Assembly: GCF_009914755.1 (NCBI RefSeq)
Contig: NC_060936.1
Direction: 5' to 3' (one strand)
Source of the DNA: the human T2T-CHM13v2.0 reference genome, Homo sapiens
DNA: 64,000 nt
Positions within the stretch are counted from its first letter, which is position 1. Each line of letters starts with the position of its first letter. Below, piece by piece: positions 1 through 13,238 of the stretch. A program made the translations under genes and the position numbers. The notes beneath the pieces were generated by a model. That model made no database searches, was not told where the DNA came from, and saw nothing but the letters and a program-made list of their open reading frames with translations.

Positions 1-81
1 TTATTTTGGGGGTGTGGGGGGACAGTGAGCTTAAAGTAAAAATGAAAAAGGATCTATCCTATCACTCAAGAAAAACCAGAC

Positions 82-330
<249 letters not shown>

Positions 331-776
331 AGAGTCTGATGAAGAGCAAGAGAAAGATTGGGGTGGAAACTGAGTTAATGTTAGAGTATGCTTTTCCCTC
401 GCTGGGAGGGAAGGCTTGTAAAGATGGGAGCGGAGAGAAAAGTGAGATTTTGCATAGGAGTTTTATCAGTGTAGATCAATGAGTTTTTCTGAAGGCATAT
501 TTTGTCTCTTCTCGCTAAGACTAAGAAGAAAGAGCAATGAGTAATGGTACGGGGAGTGATGCACGTCGGCATTAGGGCTGGCTGCTCATGTCCATTCCAC
601 TCACCACACTCTCTCTGGTACTCGGCGGGTGCCTAGCACAGTATATTTTCTATTTATTCTAAGATGTATATTAAAAAAAAATTTTTCACATCTATGAAAT
701 CAGAATGGACTTTTACAATAGCATCATAAAATGGCAGCATTTTTAAAAGTTACACAAAGTAATGATGCTTCTTGGA

Positions 777-840
777 ATCAGTGGTGTTTTCTTTTTATTT
801 ATTTATTTATTTATTTTTTATTATCATCAGTGGTGTTTTC
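777..840 (-). mobile_element. Poly(A)-only retrotransposition scar with 15-bp TSD
   Basis: ATCAGTGGTGTTTTC at 777-791 and 826-840 flanks a (TTTA)n tract. Confidence 0.75.
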
Positions 841-984
841 AATGAAATGAAAGTATATATTCACTGAAGGCAACAATGAATTAATAGCTTAGGAATTGGG
901 GCATTTATGAGAAGCTTGAATGAGTCACTAAGGAAAAGTCTGCAGGAAGTAATCACTTGTTTTTTTTTTTTGGTTTAAACCCTG

Positions 985-2460
985 TCTGGGGTTTATTAAG
1001 CGTTTAGAATCTGTATATTTATGTCTTTCACTAAATTTGGAGTTTCCTGCCATTATTTCCTCAAATAGTTTTTCTGAATATTCCCTTTCTCCTCTCCTTC
1101 CAGTAACCTCAATAATGTAAATATTAAACCTTGTGAAATTTTCCAACAGGCCACCAAAGCTCTGTTCATGTTCTTTCCCAAACCTTTCTTTCTGTTCTTC
1201 AGGCTGCATCATCTCCGTTGCTCTGACTTCAGGTTTATGGACTCTTTCCTGTGTCATCTCCATTCTGCTGTTGAGCCTATCCAGTGAATCTTTTATTTCA
1301 GATTTCATATTTTCTTGGTTAAAAATTTCCATTTGTTTCTTTTTTTATATATAGTTTCTGTGTCTCTGCTGAGGTTGTCACTGTCAGTATTCCCATGCAT
1401 TTTACCTTTACCTCGTGGAATATAGCTACAACAAGTTCTTTAAAGTCGTTGAGGGTTCCCAAACTAGCTTATCTTAGGGTTGACATCTGTTAATTGTCTT
1501 TTCCCTTAAGAAAGGGTCACATTTTCCCGTTTGGCTTTTGGTTTGGGGTATGTCAAGTAATTTTGAATTGTGTTCTGGACATTGTGGATGTTGTGTTTTA
1601 TACACTCTGGATCCTGTTATGTAATCCTCCAACGAATGATTTTTGTTTTGTTTTGCTTTTGAACAGGCAGTCACCCTGGTTAGGTTCAGACGGCAAGTTC
1701 TGTTTACCCTTTGTGGGTGGTGACTCCAATGTCAGTTTGCTTTCCAAAGCTGTTCAATTTCTATGCTGTTTTTGGTCTGCGCATGTGCCACATGGGTTGG
1801 CAGTGGTTCAGTCTTAGTTGAGCTCTTAAAGCCGTTGCCGTCCTGCTTTGAATCTGTCCCACATAGCCCAGGGATGAGCCTGGGATTTATGTGGGTTTAG
1901 ACACAGTATTATGGGATCCCTTTCTTGAGATTCCTCCTCTCTCAATCCTTACACTTTCCAGCCTTCAGGGACTCCTATCCCTTACAGTTCTCTGGTCAGA
2001 AAGATGGGGTTTCTATCAGAGTTCTACCTGCCGGCATCGCCGCCACCATGCAGCATGTGACTGGGGACTGTCCTTGGGGCACAGCCACAAGAAAGAGAAA
2101 AAAACCTACAATAACCCTCACCCCTATTCTTTGAGGACGGCAGGGGCCCCCTTTTGTTCCTCTAGTCAGAAAGATGGAGTTTCTATTGGAGTTCTAGCTT
2201 CTTGCACCACCACACAGTTCTGCATGTTGGAGCCCATACTCAGGGCAAGGCTGCAAGAGGAAAAAGGGAAAAACATGGGAAACTCTTCCCCTGTACAGCC
2301 ACTTCCATGGGTTTGACTCTCCTCTGCAATCCATCAGCTTGGGTTGACTCCCCAGAGTCCTCAGGTGTTTGTTTTTGTGTTTTGTCCATAGGTTTTGCTG
2401 GCAGTCGGCAGGAGAGAGGCAGCAGTGGGCTTACTCCGTTCTGGCCAGAATCAGAACGTC
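985..2460 (-). mobile_element. Old L1 (L1M) fragment, ORF1 and 5' region
   Basis: ORF 928..1332 (-) resembles the L1 ORF1p coiled coil (EIKDSLDRLNSRMEMTQERV...NIYIIEV...EKLFEEIMA). The extent to ~2460 is approximate. Confidence 0.7.
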
Positions 2461-2719
2461 CTCCTTTCTTTTCAGTGAATTAAGTCAGCACAGTAGTTGG
2501 CAGTCAAGGGCTGTATTAAATGAGGGCCCTTCCTATTCTGTAGCTCTCAGGCTTCTCATCTGTGATCTGCTCATTTTCACCGTGCAACTGGGGATCTCGC
2601 AGGGAGAAGCTTATCCGTGCTGTGCTATGGAGAACCAAGAGTTGGTGCTAAGGGCAAATGTCAGGCTGTAACTGGGTTGCTAAGTCACTGAGCCAGCAAA
2701 TTCCAGTGTTTTCCCCCAT

Positions 2720-4075
2720 GGTCTCAAGTTTAGCAGCTGTACTGAGATTTAATTTACATGCCACATAATTCACCAATTTAAATTGTACAATTCAGTGTTT
2801 TAAGTAGGTCCACAAGGTTGTGCAGTTATCACTACAGTCCATTTTAGAACATTTTCACCCCAAATAGAAACCCCAAATCCATTAGCAGTCACTCCCCAGT
2901 TCCCTCATCCCCTCCAGCTTTAAGCAACCACTCATCTACTTTCTTTCTCTGGATTTGCCTGAACATCTCCTATAAATGAAATGATGTAATCTATGACCTT
3001 TTATGACTGGCTTATTCCACTTAGCATGTTTTTAAGATAAACCCAAGTTGTAGCATGTATCAGTATGTCATTCCTTTTTCTGGCCAAGTAATATTCCCTT
3101 GTACAGATATACTACATTTTCTTTATATCAATTAGTGGACATTTGGGTTGCTTCCACCTTTTGACTATTATAATGCTACTGTTATCATTTATGTGTAAGT
3201 TTGTATGCATATTTTCAGTTCAGTTGGGGAAATACACTGGGAGTGGAATTGCTGGCTTATGTGGTAATTCTGTGTTAAACCATGTGAGGAATTGCCAGAC
3301 TCTTCTATAGTGGCTGTACCATTTTACATTCCCACCAGCACTGGATGAGGGTTGTAGTTTCTCCACCTCCTCACCAACACTTGCTACAGTCTCGAATTCT
3401 AGATTTGCATTTCTCTGACAGCCAGTGGTGATTAACATCCTTTCACGTGCTTATTGCCTGTTTGTATATCTTCTCTGGAGAGATGTCTATCCAAATCCTC
3501 AGCCCATTTTTTAATTGGGCTGTCTTTATATTATTGAGTTATTAGAGTATTTTTTTAATATAGCCCAGGTACAAATCTCTCATCAGATATGTGATTTGCA
3601 AAATATTTTCTCCCATTCTGTGGGTTGTCTTTTCGCTTTCTACATTGTATTCTTTGAAGCACACAAGTTTTCAATTTTGATGAAGTTCTATTTGTCTGGT
3701 TTTTTTTTTTTTTTCCTTTTGTCATTTGTGCTATGGATGTCATAGCTAAGAAACCATTTCCTAACCCAGGCTCACAAAGATTAACTCCTAAGTTTTCTTC
3801 AAAGGGTTTTATAGTTTTGGCTCTTACACTGAGGTCTGTGATCCATTTGGAGTTAATTTTTGTATATGGTGTGAGGTAGAGACCTAAACTTCATTCTTTT
3901 CCATGTGGATATCCAGCTATCCTGGCACCATCTGTTGAAAAGACAATTCTCTCCCCCATTCAATTGTCTTGGCACCACTGTTGAAAATCAATGGACTGTA
4001 ACTTTGAGGGGTTATTCCGGACTCTCAGTTCTGTTCTGTTGATCTGTATGTCTGTGTTCTGGCACTACCACGCTG
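2720..4075 (-). mobile_element. L1MB-like 3' end and ORF2 C-terminus
   Basis: Typical L1 3' motifs such as GTACCATTTTACATTCCCACCAGCA and GGATATCCAG...CACCATCTGTTGAAAAGAC. Confidence 0.85.
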
Positions 4076-6286
4076 TACAGCTTTTTGATTACAATACCTC
4101 ACCCTTTCTAAAATAAGTAATGTAACAGTAAACTTCCAAATGTCAGGCATGTTGAATAGTGTCACTGTATATGAAAGTAACAGTATGGATGTAGGAAATA
4201 CTCATGACTTAGTTAATAACTAAATGTTTTAGTATTTCCAACTTGGGACCATGTGCCCTTTTCTTGGCATTATATACATTATCATCTTTGTCCACTGAAT
4301 GGACTTGTTATGGATCTCAGAATTTTGGGTCTAGTAGACCTCTTCAAGACCATCTAATGCCGGTCCAGAAAGGTTCAGTGACCAGTCAGTCCGAAGGGCT
4401 TGTTAATCTTGGCCACATAGAATTTTATGTTCTCTATACAGAGAACTCTAAACTTCAGAGATACAGCCTTAAAATACAGAGAGCACTAAGCTTAGGCTAG
4501 CTGCATTAAACTGGCAGTTCTACCTGAAAATACACTTTTTTCTAGTTGCCGTTTAAAATGAATCTTTCACCAAAGGCCATTGTCAGTGCTTTGTAGATAA
4601 AGCTATTGATTTTGGCATATAAGGTTATATTTAAAATCCTCTTTAATATTTAATAGCCCAGGTTCAGTGAGAGCAAACAGAATCATGTATTGATTTCTTT
4701 AAAAAAATACTATTTTTAAAATTAATTTGGTCATAAAAAAAGCCTACATTGTAATACCTTATTGCTTGTTCTCTTTGTTTTCTGGGTAGAAATATTAGCA
4801 GAAGGTCAGGTCCTCCTTAATGAAACTGCCGAGCCAGACACTGAATAGGCTTCAGCTTGCCATCAGCTACGGTGTTCCTCATTATCATATGGGAGTATTT
4901 AATCCAAGCCAATAGGAAGCACGCCCTGAGTTGTGACCCCCCAATTACAGAGTCTCAGTGCTTGCTTCTTGCCCTGACAAATATAAAGTTGTGTGCTGTG
5001 CTCGTGCTACTGCTGCCTGCTGTTAGAGAGAGAGTGATTGGGGCGTAAATGTTGCATTTGCTCCATCTGCAAGTGTTATAATAAGTTATTCAGAGCTCTT
5101 AACACAGGACCAACCAGAGCGTGCCTCCCTCTCGGTTCCAGCACGTTTTCCTGCCCATCAGATGGATGCTCCTCTGTTGGAGTCTTTGGAAGGTTCTGGT
5201 GTCTTTTGTTTTAATTGGTGGGCTACCGCCGACTCCTATGGTGTGATTTTCATTAGAGAGGGGCTGGAGAGAGGGAGTGTTGGAACTGTCCTCCAAGCCC
5301 AACCATGAATATTAAACATAATACAATTACAGCTTTCAGACCAATTATTTTTCCTTTCAATGGGCAAAGTTGATGAAATACTCGCTAGATGGGGATTCAC
5401 AATATCTACCATTGGCTCCTCTTTGTCCCTGGAATCGGTTGTCTTGGCATATTCTGGTGCCCATTTGCTGTGCTACCTGTTTCCCAGCGTCGAGTATTTG
5501 GTTTGAGTGCTGAGCTGACGACGGGCTTTGCCAAGGCGCACGGCATTCGGGCCTGTGCTGCGCGCTGTCAGATGTCCGAGGCAGATACCTGTTTCTTCAT
5601 GTGAATCTGAATGGCTTGGGTGGACTTAGCACACTGTGCTGTCTGCTGTTTCTGTCGACGAGAAGCCAGAGTGGTGCTTCTCTAAGGAGATGTCAGAAAA
5701 ATGTTTTTCCTTTTTCCCAGGGGGGAGAAATTCAAGGCTGGTTTGGCCTATTTTTTTTTCCTTAGTGATATAAAATACACTGAGGCCGCATCTTTTGGTT
5801 TATTTGTTTATTTTGTTTGGAGCCATCCATGCTGGTATCTAAATACAATAGGAAAACAGATGGCAAACTTTGAACTTCTGGACCAAATTTGTGTTTGCCT
5901 TTGTCTCCTTAACAGCCAAACTGTAAATTATGGAGTATAAATATTCAACAGAGGAGCTCTTTATGGAAATCACCATAGCTGAATAGACTCTGATTAACCA
6001 AATATGCACTGAAAAGTACTTGGTAAACACTTCCGCTCCCCCTTTCCCCAATCCTTTTCAAGTTCCCATTATGGACTAAGGTTAGAGTTCTCTTTACAGC
6101 ATTTATACTTTTTCTCTTCTCTTACCTACGCATGCCTAAGGATAGGTGTCTGTAAACGTGACAGAGAGAGACCTTTGTTTACAAAGTCATCTTCAAGCTC
6201 TCTCTGCATCTTTCTGCTCCCAGATCCCTCACTGGCAAGTCAGGGACTGAGCAGCATTTGTAGCAACGGACCTATTATGTATCATC

Positions 6287-6538
6287 TATACATTATCATC
6301 TGTGTCCACTGGATGGACTTGTTATGGATCTCAGAATTTTGGATCTAGCAGACCTCTTCAAGACCATCTAATGCTGGTCCAGAAAGGTTCAGTGGCCAGT
6401 CCGAAGGGCTTGTTAATGTTGGCCACATAGAATTTTATGTTCTCTATACAGAGAACTCTCAACTTGTCCCTGGAATCGGTTGTCTTGGCATATTCTGGTG
6501 CCCATTTGCTGTGCTACCTGTTTCCCAGCGTTGAGTAT
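6287..6538 (+). repeat. Chimeric local duplication of 4273-4455 and 5423-5497
   Basis: Direct alignment by eye: ~95% and ~99% identity to the two source segments. Confidence 0.9.
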
Positions 6539-7289
6539 ATCTATTCACTTGGGTTGCCTTGTCAGTTACATGGCCTAGCAGGAAGAAGAAACAGTCTCTC
6601 CTCTGTGTCCTAAAACGACGTGTTGTTCCATCCTGTTTTATTTCACCTTTTCTAAGAAATAGATGAAAGTATTATTTTTTAATTATGAAACCGAACATAT
6701 GTATGGGAGTGTATATAAGGTGCGCATACAGTTTCAAGAGTAACCGAGAATGCCCGCGCATCCACCTCTCAGCTCAAGAAAGAGAGTGTGACTGTTGAAG
6801 GCCTCCCGGTCATGAATGAATTCTTGTTTTTTAAACATGGCAGCGTCCAGAATAAAACACAAAAGCCGCCTTTATTGCCCTCTTTCTTCTCCAAGGTAAT
6901 TGTTGTTAATGTTTCAAGTACGTGCTTCCAGAATTTGATCTTTAAAATTGTTTGGTTTTATTTAAACAGGAAGTACGCACATTCAAAATGGGCCTCAAAA
7001 GCAGAGTAGCCTAGAGGGCGAAGCGCACCCCTCTTCCCAGCAGCCTTGTCAGCCTCCCTCATTGCGACTGCTTAAATGCTGAGCGTTCTCTGGGGGCCGC
7101 CCACACACGCACAGCCTAAATGCATGTCCCCCAGCACACACCTGTGCGCACGGCTGCCAGTCAGCCTGTGTAGTTCTGCCCCGGGTCCCACTGTATGGAT
7201 GTACCATAATTGCTTTAACTAGCACTCAGTTGAAGAGCTAGTTAATCGTGTCACCTACGTCATTCCAGTTCATGACAGCTAAAATGTGT

Positions 7290-8750
7290 CTGATTTTTCC
7301 TGTCAGTCTAATTATCTTTCCTTAATAGGTAATGTCTTTTTCTCTCAGGCTGCTTTTAGGACCTCTTGGTCTTTGTGTTTCCCCATTTTTTAAATTATAC
7401 TCTTAGATATGTATTTTGTGTTTGATTCGTGTGCATTGAGTCGGCATGCATGTCTTTCATCAGTTCGGGAAACATCAGCTGTTAGCTGTCCGCACTCTGT
7501 TTTTCTCCTTCCGGAACTTGGGGCGTGTGGTGCACCACCCCTTCTGTCCCTCATGTCTCTTATACCCCCATTCGCAGTTTTCATATTTATCTCTTTGTGC
7601 TCCATTCTTGGTAATTTCTTCACATTTTTCTTCTGATTCACGCATTCTCTGATCTGCTTCCAGCCTATCTCCCAAATTTAATTTCAGGGACTATACTTTC
7701 ATGCTTTTGTATTGAAAGCAGGAGTCTCCATACTCCGCTCCCTGCCTAGGGTGGCCCTTCAGTGTGTTTGATGAAACCACGGAGCTGAGCCTGGCGCTTG
7801 CCAGCAGCCTCCCCTCCCCTGAAGTCGCAGCTCACCCTCTCCTGTCTGGTTTTCAGCTCAGGTCCTGGGGAAGTCACTTCCTACGTGAGCTCAGCAGTGC
7901 CCTTAAAAGGATTTTATCCAGCATTTTTAAGCGTTTTACAGTGGAACTGTCAACATGTTGTCTGAAACAGAAGCCTCTTTTGCAACTAAGAGCAGTGACT
8001 GGCCTTGCGTGTATGTGGACTCTTGTGTAGCTACCTCCTCGAAGTGGAATTGCCGGCTCAGAAGTGAGGTGCATGTGGTATTTGGTTGGATATTGCCAAG
8101 TCACTCCCCAGAGAAGGATTTCTGCTCGCCTCAGCTGTCTAGGAGTACCTACCTGTCCATGTCTCCCTGCCACACAGTGCCTCGTAGGGCATGTTACCAA
8201 ACTTTACCTTTGCTGGGTAGATTGGTGACAAGTGGCATTGCATTGTAGTTTTACTGTGTAATTTATCTGATTACCAGCAAACTTAAACATCTTACACATG
8301 TTTAAAAGCCATTAGTATTTTTCTGTGAATTGCTTTTTCTTATCTTTTCTGTCGATTTAATAATGGGTTGTCAGTCTTTACTAATTTGAAGGCATTTATT
8401 ATAAGACATTAGCCCTTTTTGTTGCAAACATTTTCCTCAGTTTATCATTGGACTGACTTTCTGATTGTTCCCCCCAATAGGAAAAAGTTAAACCCTTTTT
8501 TCACCTTCCATATTTTGTTATGTTTAGAAAGGTCTTCCTCCTTTGAATATGTTTTATAGTTTATGTTTAACTCTTTGCGCTCTCTGTAATTTGTGTAATA
8601 TATGTGATTGATAGAGCTCCAAGTTGAGAAAATTATTATAGAGTATTTTGCCTCTAACTGCTGTTACAAATGGGACATTTTCTTTGATTCTATTTATTTT
8701 TAAACTAGATTTTAGCATATAAATTTATATTTGACTCTGTGTTACTGAAT
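7290..8750 (-). mobile_element. Degenerate L1ME-like fragments
   Basis: ORF 7475..7675 (-) weakly resembles ORF1p; L1 3'-like T-rich sequence at 8000-8750. Confidence 0.5.
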
Positions 8751-9429
8751 TCTCTGGGACTGTCCCTTCTCACTGATAAGAAGTCTACCCACTTCTTTCC
8801 GATTTTTTTTAACCTTTCATTTTTTCCTTTTGTCTAATTGTGTCTGGTTTTTAAAAAGCGATGTGAAGTAATGGTGGTGCCAGTGCCTCACTGTTTCTAA
8901 AGACCACATCTGGAATGGCTGTGACGTTTCATCCCGTTGCTTTCGGCTTCCATGGACGTGACTGCCTGGTTTTTCGTTGATTCCCCTTGTCTGTGGCATC
9001 TTGCTGTGGAGTCTGTTCCTGATGTTTCACTCGGATATGTAGTTTTCTTTGATCATGCTCTCAGGGTTAGGCTTTGGTAATAGAATGCTGGCTTCATGGA
9101 GAATTTGGAAGCTTTCCTCCTTTTCCTAGGCTGTGGAACAGTTAACTTAGCCCTGGAGGCAGCTGGTCCTTAACAGGTCTGGCCAAAGTCACTTGTTCTT
9201 TTTTTGCAGGGATTGTTGCCCCTTGCTGGCTTCCTCAGGCTGCTATTTGTTATTTTATCTACTTGGATTTTCTGTCTCCTGGGGATTCGTTTTGATAATT
9301 CTTATTTTCCCAGAAAGCCATTTACTCATCTAAGTTTTCAGATTTGGAGATTTTAAAAATTCAAGAAATAGAAATAATTTCTGAATAGATTATAGTGACT
9401 AAAGAAACTATTAAAAAAAAAAAAAAACA

Positions 9430-9725
9430 GGCTGGGTGCAATGGCACATGCCTGTAATCCCGGCACTTTAGGAGGCTGAGGTGGGTAGATCCCTTGGCCC
9501 AGGAGTTCGAGACCAGCCTGAGCAACACAGCAAAACCGTCTCTACTGAAAATAAAAAAAAAATTAGCCTGGTGTGGTAGCACGTGCTTGTAGTCCCAGCT
9601 ATTCGGGACGCTGAGGTGGGAGGATCACCTGAGCCCAGGAAGCTGAGGCTGCAGTGAGCCATGATGGTGCCACTACACTCCAGCCTGGGTGATGGGAGTG
9701 AGGCCCTGTCTTTAAAAAAAATAAT
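9430..9725 (+). mobile_element. AluJ-like
   Basis: Full dimeric Alu with A tail. Confidence 0.9.
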
Positions 9726-11203
9726 AAACAACAAAACCTATAAAAAGAAATGTGATCCATGGAGTTTGTTTTTCCAGGTCTGACCGAACACTGAGTAAAC
9801 TGCCCCTTCGTTGTTTTAAGTGCTCTCAGTGAATGCTTTTGCCTTGAACTACTCTGCCTTTTCTAGCATTAAAATTGCAACATCTTTTCATCCTCCTTTA
9901 CAGATGTGTTTTTCATGCATAGCATATATTTTTACTTTGTGATCCATGGGCAGCTCTTCTTGTTAATAGGAAGGTTTGTCCTGTGTGCCTCCATGGACCC
10001 AGCAGACACACCAGGTCCCACTTAAGCCATCTGTCTTCTTGTTCTGGTATTTTGCTATGCCACTTTCTTTCAGAGAGTATCCACAGGTAGTTCACTTTGA
10101 GTCCTTTTCTGTTAAAGAAAAAGAAGTCTTTCTTTATTATGCCTTCACACTTGGTAGCTAAGCTAGGTATAGAATTGTTGGTTCAAAATAATTTTCCCTC
10201 AGAACTTGGAAAATTGACGTGTGTGCGCATGCTTGCATAACTAGAGTCAGGGCACGGGACATGTTTCAGAGAATCCTGTCGCTCCACAGCTTTTGGGTCA
10301 GACGTGCGTTTTTAATCTTACATCCTTGTGCTTGTCCTGTTCCTTGCTAGATGCTGGGGTCTTTCTTTTCAGGGCAGGGACTGTCTTTTCCTTTTCGACT
10401 TGCATCACAGGGTCTCTTAAGCTCATCTTTACATTTATTAAATGTAATGAATTTGATTTACTTTTAGCCTTTGGCTTATTGTAGAAACCAAGTAGGGTGG
10501 TGTTTGTAGTGGATACGAGATTTCTGTCCCATTATCTAATTTATCCTCGTGAAAAATTCCACATACATAAAAAGTAGTTTTTAAAGAGGTTCTTAAAGAA
10601 ATGGGGATTATTATAAGGCAAGTAATTATTTCAATAAGTGACTGCCCAGGGTACACACACCCTTATCCCCGCTCTGCTGTGCTTATCAAGGATAAAGGCT
10701 TTCCCTTTCTCAGTTCCAGCAAGACAGCAATGAACTTACAAAGTCAAGTGAAATACCCAAAAAGTGTTCTTTTCCTAACCGGGTCCTCACCCGGTTAGGA
10801 TCTGGGGTGTCTGGCTTTGTAGCTCTTGCCTTTAACAGGTTATTTTACCAACAGCAAAATTACTGTGCTGGGCAGTACACCTACTGCTGGGACAGGCGTC
10901 TCAGGCCAACCTGCGCATGCAGTCATGCAGGTGGCTTTTCCCTGTTAAGCAGGTAAAGTGGGCAGCCACTGTCCTTGGCCTGCGTCTTTCTTGCTCCATG
11001 TGCTTTTAAACCATTCAGATGAGACCGTGTGGGTCCTCCCTGACAGTCTGTGCTTGATGTCCTTATTATCGATGTTTGTTTGCAGCTGAGGAGTTTTTCA
11101 TAGCAGTGTTGTGCATAGACCAGCACCGTGGAGGGGGAGTTTGTCATTTGAAGCTTTGACTCTAACCCCATTTCCCTTCTCTGCTCTTCCTGGGCCTGTC
11201 CAG

Positions 11204-11377
11204 GGTGAGGATCCACGACCTCCGCAGTGGTAACATCGCCCTGTCGCTCTCCGCCCATCAGCTCAGGGTCTCTGCTGTGCAGATGGATGACTGGAAGATC
11301 GTCAGTGGAGGCGAGGAAGGCCTGGTGTCCGTGTGGGATTATCGGATGAACCAGAAGCTGTGGGAGGTGTATTCCGG
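11204..11377 (+). CDS. FBXW8: FBXW8 internal coding exon (third from last), WD40 repeat region
   Basis: Polypyrimidine tract + CAG| acceptor; GG|GTAAG donor; 174 nt, phase 2-2. Translates VRIHDLRSGNIALSLSAHQLRVSAVQMDDWKIVSGGEEGLVSVWDYRMNQKLWEVYS(G), a WD40 repeat matching FBXW8 as I recall it. Confidence 0.96.
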
Positions 11378-12259
11378 GTAAGGTGCATTCTAGACACTCT
11401 TGGGAGTTCCTAGTAGGAACAGGGAAGGCAGCACTAATCAGCCTGCACCAGGCACGGTGCTAAATGCCCCCTACCCCCCGGCTTCGCCAGGTGAATCCTT
11501 ACTGTGACCCTAGGAGCCAGCTGCTGTCCCAGCACCGCTCTGCAGAGGAGGAAACAGGCTTGGAAATGGCGCTGGTCAGTGGGGATGCAGTTCCTGTCTC
11601 TGACATCATTCAGATCGCCACAATTCCTACATTAGCCAGGCCCAGCTTTCTCTAAGAATGAAACTACTTTTTTGCAAGTGCTATTCTGATTATTTTAGGA
11701 TTTCTCCATCTTAATAAACAGAAAAGGGAACTCAAAAACATAGGAAGCTCGCTGGGCTAGACCAGGATGTGACACCCCACCTGCCCACAGGTGGAAGGCA
11801 GGGCTGGCCCAGCTGCTGTCCTCCACTCGAGTCCGTCATGTGTAACCATGGTTCTGCCCGTTGCTTAGACTTTCCTCATGCTGTTTACAGAGAAGAGCAC
11901 TTAGGACTGAAGGGGTTCAGGCTCCAACGAAGGAGGAATTTGTCATTTCCACCTTTAACACCACTATTCAAAATATAAATAAATACTATCCTAAGCACAG
12001 GCTGATGGCGTCACAGAGGTAGGTAGGTTTACGCCAGTGGCACCTAACTGGTTAAGACATTTCCAGTGAGCCTGCTTCTGACCTTCAAAGCAGCAGCCCA
12101 GCCCAGGGCTGGCTCATCAGAGCTGACTTGAGCCCACCTGCCACCACCTCTACCTGGCCCTGCAGGCCTCGAACAGGAGACCCTGCGTTTGAGACAGGTG
12201 GGGAGAAAGGCAGCCGGCCCTCTCGCTTGCTGCCCTCAGCACCACTGTGAAGAGACATT

Positions 12260-12395
12260 CGGCCAGACACGTGGCTCACCTGTAATCCCAGCTACTCAGG
12301 AGACTGAGGAGCTCTCAAGGCCAGGGGTTTGAGGCTGCAGTGACTGTGTCACTGTACTCCAGCCTGGGTGACAGAATGAAACCCCATCTCTACAA
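12260..12395 (+). mobile_element. Alu monomer (FLAM/FRAM-like)
   Basis: GGCTCACCTGTAATCCCAGCTAC...CTCCAGCCTGGGTGACAGA. Confidence 0.75.
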
Positions 12396-12762
12396 AACCG
12401 AGATGATTCTGGGCCAGTGGCCTCTGAGCATGACAACATAGAAGAGCAGAAACAGGGCAAGGCCCTCCCACAGGAACTAAGATTTGTTCCCCACTTACCG
12501 CAAATCAAGGTAAACCGACCTCTGAGAACACAACCTCTGAGCAGCGACATGGTCTTTATGGAAGTGCAAGGTCAGCAATTTGACAGGTGTCTCCAAGAGG
12601 CGGCAGGGTTACATGCAGAATGGGCTTCTTCCTTGGAGGGCAGTGTTGGCAAACACTGTGGCCGGCACATTTTATCAGACAGAGCCCTGGGTACTGCCTG
12701 GCCCGCCCCCTCGCTGTGGCTGTGCCTGTTGAGGGCGCCTCGGCCCTTTTTCTGAATGGTGA

Positions 12763-12790
12763 TGCACTGAATTGCCACCAGGTGGTGCCA
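12763..12790 (+). promoter_or_regulatory. Candidate CTCF binding site
   Basis: TTGCCACCAGGTGGTGCCA closely matches the CTCF core; an upstream TGCACT resembles the U motif. Confidence 0.5.
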
Positions 12791-13238
12791 AACGGCAACT
12801 AAAACTCCCGCACTGAAATTCCCGGAAGCATTGCCTTTGAGGAAAACCCTGGATCAGCCATCCAGGTCCTCAGGGATGGCTGCCAGCCCCCAACTCCAGT
12901 AGATCTCATTTTTCTCTCAGCAAAGCTTCACTCCCTGGGACAGGCCACTGAGATGAAGCCTAGCTAAGGAAGGCCTTCCCCAGAGGTGTGGCCCTGTCCC
13001 AGCACTGCCTCTGTCCCTGTGCGGTCCAGGCTTGTCCCCCACGTGGTCACTGTTTTCACCAGCACAAGGCTGACAGACACATGGTCTCCTGCCCAGAACT
13101 CACTGACTTGCTCAAGGCCTCACCTGCAGTGCCTGCTGCCAGGCCCCAGTCTGGCTGTTGTTTGGTCACTGTCATGTACCTCCCGCTGTCCGCTTCAGTC
13201 TCTTCAGCCCAGGTCCTCGCCTGCCTGACAGGGTGCCG

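Noticed and set aside
928-1332. 134-aa coiled-coil ORF
   Set aside because: A degenerate L1 ORF1p fragment, not a host gene.
6287-6538. Processed (spliced) retrocopy as the explanation for the chimeric insert
   Set aside because: No GT-AG at the skipped region on either strand and no poly(A) tail.
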